A stretch of 64,000 nucleotides of DNA. Origin: Octopus sinensis. Its lineage: Eukaryota. Location: contig NC_043022.1 in the NCBI RefSeq assembly GCF_006345805.1, positions 19,778,001-19,842,000 of the forward strand. Reading direction: 5' to 3'. Below, one piece after another: positions 1 through 13,258 of the stretch. The position numbers and the translations under genes were made by a program. The notes under the pieces were generated by a model. It saw only the letters and a program-made list of their open reading frames with translations. It was not told where the DNA came from and made no database searches. Position 1 is the first letter of the stretch; the number at the start of each line of letters is the position of its first letter.

Positions 1-190
1 ATAAATATATAGATGTATAGATATATAGACTGATAGATAGATAGATAGATATATAGATAGATAGATAAATAAATAGATAGATAGATAGATAAATAGATAA
101 ATAGATAGATAGATAAGTAGATAGACAGACAGACAGACAGATAGATAGATAGAGAGATAGATAGATAAATATATAGATAGATAGATAGAC

Positions 191-275
<85 letters not shown>

Positions 276-296
276 GTAGATAGATAGGTAGACAGA
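1..296. repeat. (GATA)n/(GACA)n microsatellite
   Basis: Long tandem GATA array with GACA interruptions, directly visible. Confidence 0.95.
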
Positions 297-529
297 CACA
301 TCTCACTCACTTCATTATCGTTGACACATTGATTACTAAACGCCAATTTCAGTGTTGACAAGTTAAATGCCTAGAAGTGGGAATAACTTAAATGAATCGA
401 TCGTACTCAATTCTATCAACAATATAGTCGTTAGAAAGAAAACAGACAACACGTCTGCCTGGCAAGTAACAGATGGAATTAGAAAGGAAACCCGAGAAAA
501 ACTAATTTTGTATTCCATTTTCGTTTATG

Positions 530-591
530 CATGTATGTGTGTGTGCTTGCGAGTGTGAGTATGGGCATGTATGTGTGTGTGTGTTTATATA

Positions 592-647
<56 letters not shown>

Positions 648-838
648 CATACATATACATATATATCTTTTCATTTTTGGATTTGGTTTTCAAATTCTTA
701 TGTGAGTTCGCGTGTTGAAGCACATTCTGTTGTGTCTGGGAAGAATCATTCTCTTTTAGTGCCATATATATATATATATATACATAGATACATACATACA
801 TACATATACATACATACATACATACATACATACATACA

Positions 839-874
<36 letters not shown>

Positions 875-948
875 CATACATATATATGTATATATATATA
901 TTCATATATATAAATATATGTGCGTATATAAATTATTTTATATATAAT

Positions 949-995
<47 letters not shown>

Positions 996-1133
996 ACATA
1001 CATACATAATATACATGCAAATATTAAGATATTCACATACACACTATATATATACTTATAATACATATATACATACATATATTTGTTCCACGTCCTCGCG
1101 TTGTTGAGCTTTTGTGTTGGTTTCTTGTTTGGA

Positions 1134-1175
<42 letters not shown>
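530..1175. repeat. Compound (TA)n/(TACA)n/(TG)n microsatellite region with embedded dispersed-repeat fragments
   Basis: Simple repeats are visible. 673-762 matches 35304-35395, and 1083-1140 matches the tail at 47381-47440. Confidence 0.85.
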
Positions 1176-1176
<1 letters not shown>

Positions 1177-1667
1177 TATATATTCCAGTATACTGTCCAC
1201 CAAAAATGACAGTTTACACTTTATTTCTTTGTCGTTTAAGTAATTCATAATTATTGTATTTCAAGCTCTGCTCCATTTACATCTCATGTTTCATTTACAT
1301 CTCATTCTCTCTTCTTTCAGTCATACTTATTCTTATTCCTAATACTTCAAGATTTCCTTGTTTACTTTTTGTGTATCTTCTTGTCGTTTCATAAGATATA
1401 TATCCTGTTCCATTTCACATGCGGAACATTGGTTTCTAGTGATCATCTTCTATCTGCAAGTTCCCAAGTGGAGCAGTTTCTTAGTCTTTCAAAATCTCGC
1501 CTACTGCTTAGCTGGTAATTACCTCTTGTATACACGGAAAATCATGTATTCGCCTTTTTATCTTTGATTCTCAGTCTCTAAATCTTTTCTCACTATCATC
1601 TCTCTCTCTCATTTATTTTATTATTTCTTCTCTATATAATTCTCTGCCCTCTCACACACACTCGCAC

Positions 1668-1867
<200 letters not shown>

Positions 1868-2107
1868 TGAGCAAACATAACCTAATCCCTTTTTTCTTCA
1901 TTTCATACACTCATTGCAACACATGCATACTCACACACACACACACATACACACACAACACATACACACACAACACATACACACATACATACTCACACAC
2001 ACCACACACACACACAACACACACACACACACACACAACACACACGCTCACACACACATAGAGAAACTTTATTCTCTTATGCGTATTTATTTCTATTTAT
2101 CCTTTTA

Positions 2108-2490
2108 CTAGCAGTATCGCCCGGCGTTGCTCAGGTTTGTAAGGGAAATAACTATAAAGCATTTTTAGAGTGTTATAGCCAAAAAATAGCAAAAAAATGG
2201 GAAAAAAATTATGGTAAATTTTTTTTTGAGTTAAAAAAGGTGGAGTTGCGTCCCCTAGACAGTCTGTGGTTTGGGTTTCTGATTCTCGACCCCATGTCGA
2301 ATTTATTGATTTTTTTCAGAACTGGGGGAACTTTTCAAAATTTTTGCTGCGTTAGTTTTGAATTATGACATTGGGCTATGTGTGTGTCAAGTTTCATCAG
2401 AATCGGTTGAAAGCCGTGGTCAGAGTGAGGGTACGAGAAAACAGACACACAGAAAACGCACAGACAAACTGCCGTTTATATAGAGAGAGA
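2108..2490 (-). mobile_element. Non-autonomous Helitron
   Basis: On the minus strand it starts TC and ends CTAG, with a subterminal hairpin (CCTGAGCAACGCCGGG) about 10 nt before CTAG. It sits between A and T with no TSD. The same 3' end occurs at 36460. Confidence 0.8.
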
Positions 2491-2495
2491 TTAAA

Positions 2496-2640
2496 GGGGT
2501 GAACTAGAAGAATCGTTAGCGCGTCCGATAAAATGATTAGCGATCCTTTTACATTCTAAATCTCGCTCAACTTCACCTTTCATCCTTTTAGGGGTCGCTA
2601 CAATAAATAAAATAAAGCAGCAGTCAACTACTGGCGTCGA
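2496..2640 (+). mobile_element. Degenerate SINE with Meta-like central domain (family C)
   Basis: Head 'gtgaactagaagaatcgttagcgcgtccg' and core 'cctttcatccttttaggggtcg' match the better copies at 39513 and 52144. Confidence 0.6.
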
Positions 2641-3692
2641 TCTATTCCTTTCTTTCTATCTCTATCATTTTTTAAATATCTTTTGCGTATTTTCTCCAGC
2701 TCATATTGTATATTATTTTATCCCGTTACTTCTCTAATTCTTTTGTCTCTGTTTCAAATTTTTATCTTTCTTCTTTCTACCTCTCTTTTCTTACTCATAC
2801 AATATCTTTCTTTTTCATTGTTTCTTCTATTCCATCCCCCCTCCATTTTTGCTCATCTGAAGACATTTTATGTTTGCTAGCATCGTTCCTCTCTTTGTCT
2901 CTGTCGTCTCCCTCTCTCTCTGTCTGTCTGTCTGTCTGTCTCCCTCTACTTTTTGTCTCTCTCTACATCTCTGTCCATCCTATTCTCTCCCTGGCTCTCT
3001 GTCTCTCTCTTTCCCTCCCCACACACTCTCTCTCTCGATTTATCTATCTATCTCTATCTCCTTCTCTGTCAATCCTCCACCTATCTCTGTAATATGTTCT
3101 TTTAATCTCATCCATATCTCTTGGCCGGAGCCACTGCTTTCTCCTTGGTTCTTATAGAAAGGCCTGAGAGACAAGGCAGCTAGTTGGCAGTATCGTTAAA
3201 ATCTCAGAAAATCACTTCTGTCCTCTATGCCCAGAGACTAAACCACGCTGAGATCGTTTCCGACTCCTCACCCCCGCCGCCGCCACCAGCACCAGCACCA
3301 GCACCACCACTTTCATTTGATCAAGGTCAACAAATCAATTCAATTCTTAGGTTGATTTCTCTCAACCACCCTCTCTCTCTCGTATCAGACTTGAGAAGGG
3401 AGGGTCTTCCGATGTGTTTATAATTTCCAAAACAAGCCGTCTGTTACTATGGCGTCCTTACGATTCTAACTAGAGTTGAAGGTTCCAAGGAAAGAACGAT
3501 CGAATAAAGTAAGGAGCTTGACAGAAGAGTGCAACCATTAAATATAAAATGGTCGCGAAACTTGGGTTGTTTTATAATATATCAAAAGTGTTCCAGTGTG
3601 TATCACCGTAGTCAAATGACTGGAACCATTTGCTGAATATCTTTGTATATATGATATCCACAATATATAGACATCACAGAGACACAGACACA

Positions 3693-3751
<59 letters not shown>

Positions 3752-3859
3752 GCATATATATTTAGTTTATAGGTTAGAGACAGGTTTTCGCTATACACTT
3801 CGAAGTGCTCAAGAGATATGAACTTGAACGGGTAGGCGAGTAAAAGTAATGATATATAT

Positions 3860-4041
3860 ATATATATTGACAGAAATAGTAAGACAACAAAAGAATGAAA
3901 GAGGAATTTATCTGTAAATATATATGACACTTATTCGGTAGCCATGATAATACACCAAGTTTCGGATGTCGGGGCGGAAACCCACGCCGCCATCTCTTCA
4001 GTTATCCGGCCATCGAAAAAATGCTATGAAAATGACCGTTA
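3860..4041 (-). mobile_element. PLE pseudo-LTR-like repeat carrying a hammerhead motif (family H2)
   Basis: Homologous to 43240-43583 and flanked by TA/CA microsatellites. Confidence 0.65.
3941..4010 (-). ncRNA. Type I hammerhead ribozyme
   Basis: Minus strand reads GATAA-CTGAAGA-GATG...CATC-C-GAAAC-TTGGT-GTA-TTATC. The core is canonical, stem I is GATAA/TTATC and the cleavage triplet is GUA. Confidence 0.75.
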
Positions 4042-4046
4042 AACAT

Positions 4047-4081
<35 letters not shown>

Positions 4082-4286
4082 CATACGTATACACATATAC
4101 GTATATATATATTATAGATCTATATGTATACTACATTTCTACATATACATATATATGAATATTATAATATATATATATATATAAATATCTATATATATAT
4201 ATATATATATATGATTATAATATATACATATGTATATATTTAGCTTGATATATATATATATACATATGTATATATTTGTTGATATA

Positions 4287-4345
<59 letters not shown>

Positions 4346-4835
4346 TATATGTATATTTACACATATATATACTTGTATGTGTGTATGTGTCTATGTGTGC
4401 ATGTACGCATGTATGCCTGTACGTATGTACTGTTTTCCCAATTCTCTTAAATGAAGAATGATACGGTCCGGTATTTAGAATCGGTTCAGTAACATTGCCG
4501 GATGTTTTTATACCATAATAGCAAGTAATGAGATATCACAAATCATTTTATCTGACGCTCCACTGAATCTGTCGTTAATTTCCCAAATGTGTATATATGT
4601 GCGTACGTGTGTGTGTGTGTGTGTGTGTGTGCATGTCTGTGGGCGTGTGCATGGATCTAAGTGCAACATACGCACATATATGTTTGTTATATAATGCCAT
4701 ATATAGACTTACATATTCATACACTAATATATTTATACATATACAGTACATACATATCTATCAAATATGAGAAACTCTGTGAATAATAAAACAAGAACAT
4801 ATATATATATATGCATGTATATATATATACACATT

Positions 4836-4869
<34 letters not shown>

Positions 4870-5586
4870 CATTATATGTGTATATATATTATATATATTT
4901 TGTGTGTAGGTGTGTAGGTGTATGTACATAATATTGTATACATATAATATATATACACATATAAAGTATTCTGCCAGCTCGCTCTGGCATATACATGCAT
5001 ATATATATTTATATATACATATACACACACACACACACACATATACATATATATATATATATATGTGTATGGGGGTGTATATCCTCTTTTATATTTATAT
5101 TATATTTATTTATTTATTTTATATGTGTGTAGATATTTGTGTGTATGTATGAGTATGGGTATGGGTTGTACGTAGATGTATGTAAATGGGTGCATATGTA
5201 ATGTGTATATGGATGTGTGTATGTGTATGTATGTATGTATATATATATATATGTATAATATATATATATATATATAGTATTGTATGTATAATATATATGT
5301 ATAAGTGAGAGTCTCCTTATTACCTAAACTCTATTATTCTATTTATTCTATTTATTATCTTTTATCTACTTTATCACTGATTCCTTTGACCACTCCCTAA
5401 GAATGATAGTTTGCGCCATGCCTACCCCAAAAGTCCCCTACCACCACCCCTTTAAACCTGCCTAAGTGTATAAATGCCAAAACTATTCTTGTCACCTAGT
5501 TCCTGATGATTTCTTTTGAATGAAAACAGTTCTAGTCCTGTAGAAGCTCCTTCTATAATATATATATATATATATATATATGATAT

Positions 5587-5676
<90 letters not shown>

Positions 5677-5714
5677 TATATATATATATATATATTTACT
5701 AATCCAATCTTTGT

Positions 5715-5853
5715 TAGATTTCCTATGATATTTAAAGTTTTATAAAACCTGTGCCTACATGTTGAAAGTGCTTCTGATGGACAATTTATTAAATTCTTAT
5801 GTTTATATAATAATATATACAGTGATTCTTTCATGCAGAGACGGCAACTATTA
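5715..5853 (-). pseudogene. PLE GIY-YIG endonuclease C-terminal fragment
   Basis: SNSCRLCMKESLYILLYKHKNLINCPSEALSTCRHRF resembles the PLE C-terminus CxLCxxEKxxI...LLNxRxE...CRH. Confidence 0.75.
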
Positions 5854-5890
5854 GATACACACACACACACACGCACACACACACACACAC

Positions 5891-5953
<63 letters not shown>

Positions 5954-6639
5954 CATATAGTGTACTGTTCCGTGAGTGTGAGATAAACAAAAGGAGTACT
6001 CCATCTGGTGAGAGATAAATACTATTTAATAAATACATATATTTATGTCCTGCTATTAGTTTCATGTGCCGAGAGCTACGACACTAAACGTGTTAAAAAA
6101 TACTGTTTGGCCTCCTCTTAGCACTTGAGATTAATAGAAGCACACAAATACATATATTGTGTTTATTATATAAACACCAGGACTTATAAATATATAAACA
6201 CACACGCATGCGCGCGCACACACACACGCACACACACACACGCACACACACACACGCACACACACACACACAAGTTTCTTGTTTTACTTTTAATAAGCAA
6301 TTTATTTGGTTCATATAGTTTATAGTATGGAACTTGTTTCATAGATATTGTTCTAAGCTTGTTCTTTTCTTTGTACACCCACCCATTCACACACCTGTCA
6401 CTACACCCACCCATTCACACACCTGTCACTATAGCTGCTGATCTCTCACTGTGACATTACACACACAGGCTACCACGCACGCACACTCAGTTACTGCCAC
6501 ACACACGCGCACGCTATCATACACATTCGCACTATTACACGCTCATGCCAACACACACACGCGGCGCGCAGACACACACATTCACAACCATCTTCACACT
6601 TTCTCTTTCTCCTACTTCTGGTCATTTCAAAAATGCAAC

Positions 6640-6836
6640 TACACGTGGACTGTTGGCAATTTCTTCCTCCTTCCTTTTCCTTTGGACTCTCCTGTTTCCT
6701 GTTTTCGAAGAAGAGCTATGCTCGAAACGTAAAACAACCACTCTTTTTTTCCTGAGTGTCTTATTAATACATGTGCTACGTCCTCACGTTGTTGTTCTTT
6801 CTTGTCTTTTTCTCCGTTGTTTTTTAATTAATTATA
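6640..6836 (+). mobile_element. PLE-type pLTR fragment with degenerate hammerhead (family H1)
   Basis: 6701-6735 reads GTTT-TCGAAGA-A-GAGC tat GCTC-GAAAC-GTA-AAAC. It is homologous to 47235-47440. Confidence 0.65.
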
Positions 6837-6837
6837 T

Positions 6838-6992
6838 GGAGTGGCTGTGTGGTAAGTAGCTTGCTTACCAACCACATGGTTCCGGGTTCAGTCCCTCTGC
6901 GTGGCACTTTCGGCAAGTGTCTTCTACTATTGCCTCGGCCCGACCAAAGCTTTGTGAGTGGATTTGGTAGACGGAAACTAAATAATCCCGTC

Positions 6993-7075
<83 letters not shown>

Positions 7076-7280
7076 TGTGTCTGTGTTTGTCCTCCCACCA
7101 TCGCTTGACAACAGATTCTGATGTGTTTACGTCCCCATCACTTAGCAGCTCGGCAAAAGAGACCGATAAAATAATAATAAAATACAAAGAATAAGTCCTA
7201 GTGTCGATTTGCTTGACTAAAAGGCAGTGCTCCAGCATGTCCGCAGTCAAATGACTGAAACAAGTAAAAGAGTAAAAGGA
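6838..7280 (+). mobile_element. tRNA-derived SINE family A, full length, with internal TA/TG microsatellite
   Basis: A-box-like TGGCTGTGTGG, B-box-like GGTTCAGTCCC, CORE-like 'ggcaagtgtc' and tail 'aatgactgaaacaagtaaaagagtaaaag'. Many copies occur in the window. Confidence 0.85.
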
Positions 7281-7287
7281 TAAAAGA

Positions 7288-7328
<41 letters not shown>

Positions 7329-7781
7329 TAGACAGATAGATTGATAGATATAGATATATAATTTTTTTCAATCTTTGGAGAAGTAGCTAAATTTTCTATG
7401 TTTATATGTCTGCTACATAGGGTTACATATATCATACCCTTGATATTGTGCGGCCTGGGTTCCCTTTGACTGTCCGCCCATATTAAAATAAAGTGTTAAA
7501 TACATATAGTATATAAATTAGTATCACCGGTTCTCTGAAGCTGGTGGATTTGCTGTCTGTATAAAGAGATAGGCTATTTAATTCTTTCGGATTGGTAAAA
7601 CGAATGTAGACAGTTCAGTTAATGCAATCTGAAATCCGATTAACGCTGTTCATAATTTTTTTACTTTTCCGGACGGAGAACAAGTTAAATGTGTATATCT
7701 GAACTACGTAGGTTTCTACACATACAGCCACACACACACACACACATACATATGTATGTATGTATGTATGTGCCTGCGCGC

Positions 7782-7829
<48 letters not shown>

Positions 7830-8266
7830 TGTGTTTCTCTCTTAATTTTTGTTTTCTTGTTGCATAAATTGCTTCAGAATCTTTTGTAAAATCGTCATTT
7901 ACGAAACGTAAATCCAGAAAAACAAGAAGAATGCTGTAGGGTGGAGCGTGGTATATAGGTATGAATTTGCAATATGTGAAACCGTAAACAAGAAAAGAGA
8001 ATTACAACATTCAAAAATGTAACAACAATAGAAACAGAGAAAAAAAATTGTGATAGAAAAAGAGGTTGAAAAATGCGAAATTTTGTTATTTTCCTTCAGT
8101 TAAATTCATTATCATACGAAATAAAAGAAATCCTTCGAAGGAAAATTGACAATTAAGTTAAGAAATTGATATTTCGGTCGTTGGGTGGCATTTTTTTTTT
8201 TTTGTTCTCTTCAGTAATAAAAATATCTACTTTTGACTGTAAAACATAAGAGGAAAGAAAAGATTT

Positions 8267-8667
8267 GGATATTTTCGGTTTGAACGGCAGTTTTTTCTAG
8301 CGGTGTCATATGAAATTGTCACCCATAATTATGACCCTAGTCTGTTTTAGGGTTAGGGTTAGGGTTAGGGGTGGGGGGAAGGGTATCTTTTTTCTTCACA
8401 AGTGTAAATAAATCCAACCTGTTTCTTAAACGAGGGACATACTCATACGGCACAGAATGCTTTTTACCTCGATAGACGTCATTGATTGGTTGAAATTGCA
8501 GAAATTGAAGAAAAAAAACAACAAATATCTTACAAACTATAGAATTTTCTCAATAAAGCCAAGAGAAAAAGATGTTTTATAAACACATTCTACCAGTATA
8601 CGAAGTTTAAAATTTTTTAGTTACCTAGAAATTATGTTAAAAACTGCCGTTCAAACCGAAAAGATCC
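8267..8667 (+). mobile_element. MITE (Merlin-like) containing (TTAGGG)4
   Basis: TIRs GGAT(A/C)TTTTCGGTTTGAACGGCAGTTTT. Flanks AAAGATTT/AAAAATTT form an 8-bp TSD with 1 mismatch. Four copies occur in the window. Confidence 0.8.
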
Positions 8668-8689
8668 AAAAATTTAATTAAAACTCTAA

Positions 8690-9900
8690 CGAATTAAGAG
8701 AAACAAGTAGCAGCCGTCAACACCCAAAGGTATTCGATTTCTAAGGGAAGGCGATAAGTCTCCTGGGACGAAATCAGTTGTGGGAGACCAATTTTCTGTT
8801 TTGCATGAAGCCTCAAACTGGGAGAAGCAAGTGAAGCAAAAGGGTAGGCCCGACTTTTTGGAAGAGGTTCCAGTAACATTGCTCCGACCAGACACGTTCC
8901 TCATGTCTAGGTGTGCAAAAATAATCACTGTGGCTGAAGGTACAGTTCTCCCCGGAGAACAGACTTCACATTTCTTACCTGCCGAAGAAAACCAAATATC
9001 ATGTCTTGGTCGACAAGGCTTCCGAGAAAGGAAGGAAGGTAGCCTCATTCCCTACTAAAGTCAGCTAAAGCGCTTTTCCAGCAAGCGCTGTTTCCTGCAG
9101 AAAGTGAAGGCGTGTGGTTTAGTGTTTAGGGCATTCGGTTTACGATCGTTAGATCATGAGTTCGATTCCCGCTGGCGCGTTGTGTCCTCGAGCGAGATAC
9201 TTTATTTCACATTGCTTGAGCTCATTCAGATGGCAAAAATGTGTAGTACCTGTATTTCAAAGGGCCAGCTTCGTCGCATTCTGTGTCACGATGAATCTCC
9301 CTGATAATTACGTTAAGGATTCGCATATTAATGGAGTGCTCAGCAACTTGCACTTTAATTTCACGAGCAGGCTGTTCCGAGGCAGAGCCGGTATTTCCCG
9401 CAGGAGATTGCTTTCGGAATGAAACAACTGAAGAACGCTACCAAAGCGATAACTGTTGCTGTGATTGACAGGAATCCTATTGCATGAGGAGGCTAATTCA
9501 CTCGTTGCTGTCCCACTCGAGCGAAGCGTGCAAGTTAAGGAGCGAAACGCTTGTGACCCTGAGATAGCAATTGAGGAAGTGGAAGGATTTTCAACATTGC
9601 AATGGATTTACTCGCCACCAGAAGACCTTGCAATATTTTAAAAGTAGCTACTTCAGTATCTACGTGGCGCAAAGCATCTCTAATGGGGCGAAACACTTGT
9701 GGCCTTCAGATACCGGCTGAAGATGCGTAAGGTTTAGTCACCATCAGAAGGACTTGCAATATTTTCAAATAATTCACTTTCTGCGTGGAACAAAGCATCA
9801 CTGATGGGACAAAACGCTTGTGGCCTTGAGATGCCAAGTACAGACAAGGAAGGATTGCAATAGGTTTAGTCGACATCAGAAAAGCTTGGAACATTTTTGC
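8690..9900 (+). mobile_element. Degenerate 3' part of an RLE-type non-LTR retrotransposon (HERO-like), interrupted by a SINE
   Basis: ASNWE...VTLLRPDTFLMSRCAKIITVAEGTV, then after a frameshift KKTKYHVLV, matches the restriction-like endonuclease pattern RPD...ELTVPWE...KxxKY. It continues MKQLKNATKAI after the SINE and has a repeated 3' UTR. Confidence 0.75.
9104..9379 (+). mobile_element. tRNA(Arg)-like SINE family B
   Basis: Head with B-box GTTCGATTCCC; body homologous to 21880-22202 and 57750-58124. Confidence 0.85.
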
Positions 9901-10613
9901 GTAGCTCTTTTAGTTTTGGCGTGTTTATTTCACTTGCATATAAAAGTTATTGCTATATAAAATATAAATATATTTATATTTTATCAGTATAGCCTCATGG
10001 ACAATTATATTTATATCGTTATTGAATTATAGAATTTAAATCAAAGTTAAGTTCTTCAAAGTACTATGTTGGGAACATAATTCATTACAGTATATAGATA
10101 TAAGCTTGGAGTATACTGAGAAACAAAATAGCAAAATCATGAAGCGTTTACTAAATTTCAAGACGAAATTAAAAACAACAGGAAATTTTGCTATTCTCAT
10201 TAAATTAGATGCGTCAATAAACGAGATAAAGAATTCTTTATTGTGAATTTTGGCTTTTTGTTTGTTTTTCTTTGTTGTTATTGTTTTTGGCAAGTAAACT
10301 AGATGAGTATATCAAGAATGTTGAAACATGAAAAAAAGACATTAACGAACGAACACAGTGAAAATTTGTCCATTAAGAAAAATGAGCTAATGTGAAGTTT
10401 GGCGATGTAGCAATCAACATTGGATTTCTTTTCTTTGCATTTGGTAAAGCTAATACAAACATGCAGTGTACAATTGCATAGACAGAAGCATAGAAAAGAT
10501 CTACATCAAATATGATTTCCTATATATTGGCAGAAAGCCATAAATTTGCAGTGAATTGGCGGAAAGGCGAGATTATAATTGTGTTCGATTAGATTTACCC
10601 TCAACACATGGCT

Positions 10614-10668
<55 letters not shown>

Positions 10669-11148
10669 GTGTGTGTGTGTGTGTATAAATATACATGTAT
10701 TGTATGTATACAATAAATATTGTGTACATATGAGGAACATTGATGTATACATATGTATGTGTATGTATAACGCCATATATATTTGTATATGTATGTAAAA
10801 TATATATAGAATATGTGCATTATACATATAAATCTATGCACGTAAATACATGTAAGCGTTTCTCTGTATAACTATATAATATACATATGTGTATGTATAA
10901 TGCATGCATGTGTTCATATATAAATGTATGCATATACATATATGTTCTTATATATGTATGTATGTTTGTATGCATAGTATATATATATATATATATGTAA
11001 GTACAAACATATATATGATACATATGTTCTTATATAATGGAATATGACATATGTGTATGTATATAAAACATATATACGCATAATACACATAGAGATTTGT
11101 ATGTATAATACATATATATGGATGTATGGTTAATAAATACATTCATCC

Positions 11149-11183
<35 letters not shown>

Positions 11184-11380
11184 TGCATACATTTATAATA
11201 TATGTATCAATGCGTGTATCTATGTGTAATATATTTATATTTGTGTGCCTGTGTGGTTATATATATAGTTGGCTGTGTGGTTACTTTGTTATAACGAAAT
11301 ACGAAATATCTAACTGGAAGATGTTTCAAACCTATGTAACAGCATTGCTAACTTTTGCATCTATTTGTCTCTCGCATATT

Positions 11381-11533
11381 GGCGCAGCAGTGACCGTGTG
11401 GTACGAAGCCTGCTCCCAACCACATGGCACCGGGTTCAGTCCCACTGCGTGGCACCTTACGCAAGTGTCTTTTAGTATAGTTCCATTGATCGTATCAGCT
11501 GGAAGCCTCGTCGTCGTAACCGACGGAGTGCTT
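11381..11533 (+). mobile_element. Chimeric SINE: family A head plus family B tail
   Basis: 11381-11480 matches the family A head. 11481-11533 matches the family B 3' end (ctcgtcgtcgtaaccgacggagtgctt). Confidence 0.7.
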
Positions 11534-11544
11534 CTATAACCATT

Positions 11545-12673
11545 GTTGCTCACCTTCTTCCTTTTTTCCTTTTTTCGAGGCAGTCTCCACCTCCTCGACT
11601 ACCTCCATCTCTCCCTTCAAAGGAGGAGGGACGCTGTTTTTATTAACTGCTCTAGGACCCTACTTTGGTCCTGGGGACAGTTCTTCTAAATATGGCCTGA
11701 TTCCAGGCACAGGTGACACTTGGGGGCGTCCCTCAAGTATCACTAGGTACCTGCAACCGGCCATTTTCAGAAAATCTGGAAATACCAGATCTTTAGCGGC
11801 TGATTGGGTCCATAGGGTCAAAATCGCTTTTGATCCCTCCCAATCAGCCGCCGACAACAATTTCACATTTAAAAGCTTGAGCCCGCTGCCACCCAGACCC
11901 CGGCGGTTAGTATCCTCTATCCATTCTGGTTCAATGCCCAGTGGCAGCCCACAGCCCACAGCCCACAGCCCACAGACCCAAGCTCTTGTTAATTTCTTCA
12001 AGGAATAGAATCTTTTGCCCTTTTAAGGGCTGGCTCGCAAATTTGCGAGCCACCTCAGAGGTTTCAAATAGCAACCACACCGTTGCATATCTAACACCCC
12101 TGGAAATAAACTTAATAGTTGGCAGATATTCTGCCAACTCTTTTTTCTATTTCTGTCTTAGGAAAGACCGTAATGGTGTCGAGTGACTTAGAAATAAGTC
12201 CTCAACACCACCGTTGTTTCCTCTATGTTTTTAACCGTTGCTTGGGTGGGATGCTTTCCCACTCCAAAGCAGTGTTCAGTTTATTCGCCATGCTTTGAAG
12301 AAAAAGTTCAAGAAATAGTTGAAAATATAAAAGCAGCAAAAGTCCAAACAAAGTCAAAAAACAGTTCGAAGTAAGACAAAGAAGAGCAGAAAGACAAAGA
12401 AAAGAAAAAGAACGAAGGAAGACAGTTCAAAACATGGGAACACACAATTCCGGCCAACCGGTTCTCCTGGTCAACAGATACTCCAATAAGGTACTCCAAA
12501 AAAGGTACTCCAAAAAAGGTACTCCAAAAGTGAACAGGGATGCAGCAGCAGGAACACAACTTCAAAAAAATCTGCCACAAATTGGTAGAAATTCAGAAAA
12601 TTTTCCAAAAGAATTTCACAATTTTTGGAAGCGGGATACGCCTCCAAAACAACAAATAACCCGACGCATGCGC
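11545..12673 (-). mobile_element. L1/Tx1 LINE 5' UTR plus frameshifted ORF1 (gag-like)
   Basis: ATG at about 12291 gives MANKLNTALEWESIPP...TVVLRTY...YATVWLLFETSEVA...LPLGIEPEWIE. A CCHC knuckle KCHLCLESGHI*KNCP lies at about 11676-11721. Homologous to 61088-62280. Confidence 0.8.
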
Positions 12674-12711
12674 AGAAGCAGGCTTCTTACTATATAGCCA
12701 CGCTTGCGCCT
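12674..12711 (-). mobile_element. Truncated SINE A head abutting the Tx1 5' end
   Basis: Minus strand 'ggcgcaagcgtggctatatagtaagaagcctgcttc' versus the family A head 'ggcgcaggcgtggctgtgtggtaagaagcttgcttc'. Confidence 0.7.
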
Positions 12712-12744
12712 ACTATCTCATTTCTTATATTTAACTCTGCGAAG

Positions 12745-12960
12745 ACGGAGAGCCAGTAGAATAAGCGCATCGAACAAAATCTTCCCGCTGCATTTCTTTT
12801 GGATATTTACGTTCTGAGTTCAAATGACGCCAACGTTGATTTTGAGTTTCTTTATTTCGGCGGAAAATAATATGAACTAACCGGTTGAACACTGTAGGTG
12901 ATGTAATGGATTTAATCCACCATAGAATTGCTGGTCTTGTGCCAAAATCAGAAGAAATTA
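12745..12960 (+). mobile_element. Degenerate SINE family C
   Basis: 'tacgttctgagttcaaat' and tail 'ctggtcttgtgccaaaat' are shared with other family C copies. Confidence 0.55.
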
Positions 12961-13204
12961 TTTAATCTTAGCTCTCTCCAGATCCAGCTGGCGTATAATC
13001 AAAAGCTTGCCAAACGTGACCAACCCGGCTTTTTCTTTTCAAGCTTTGTGTAACTGATTTATGACTTCATTATCCAGTATATTCTTTTTTTGTTTTGTTG
13101 TATTTAGGAATGGTCATTTTGCCAGTTTAGCCAATAAAAACACACGCACGATATATTTGGTGTTACTTTACCTTAGCGTTATTCATTTTTTACATTAATC
13201 TTAA

Positions 13205-13258
13205 TCTTATTTCGGCCAGAGTTCTTTCTTCACACTCCCGTGACCTCATCAGTGGTCC
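13205..13258 (-). ncRNA. Hammerhead-like core, partial
   Basis: Minus strand reads CTGATGA-GGTCA...TGGCC-GAAAT. Stem II is present, but no clear stem I partner is visible. Confidence 0.4.

Noticed and set aside
5495-5540. CTGATGA...GAAAAC hammerhead candidate
   Set aside because: I found no convincing stem I pairing; at best it is a decayed copy.
8347-8372. (TTAGGG)n as a telomere or fusion relic
   Set aside because: It is an internal part of a multi-copy MITE.
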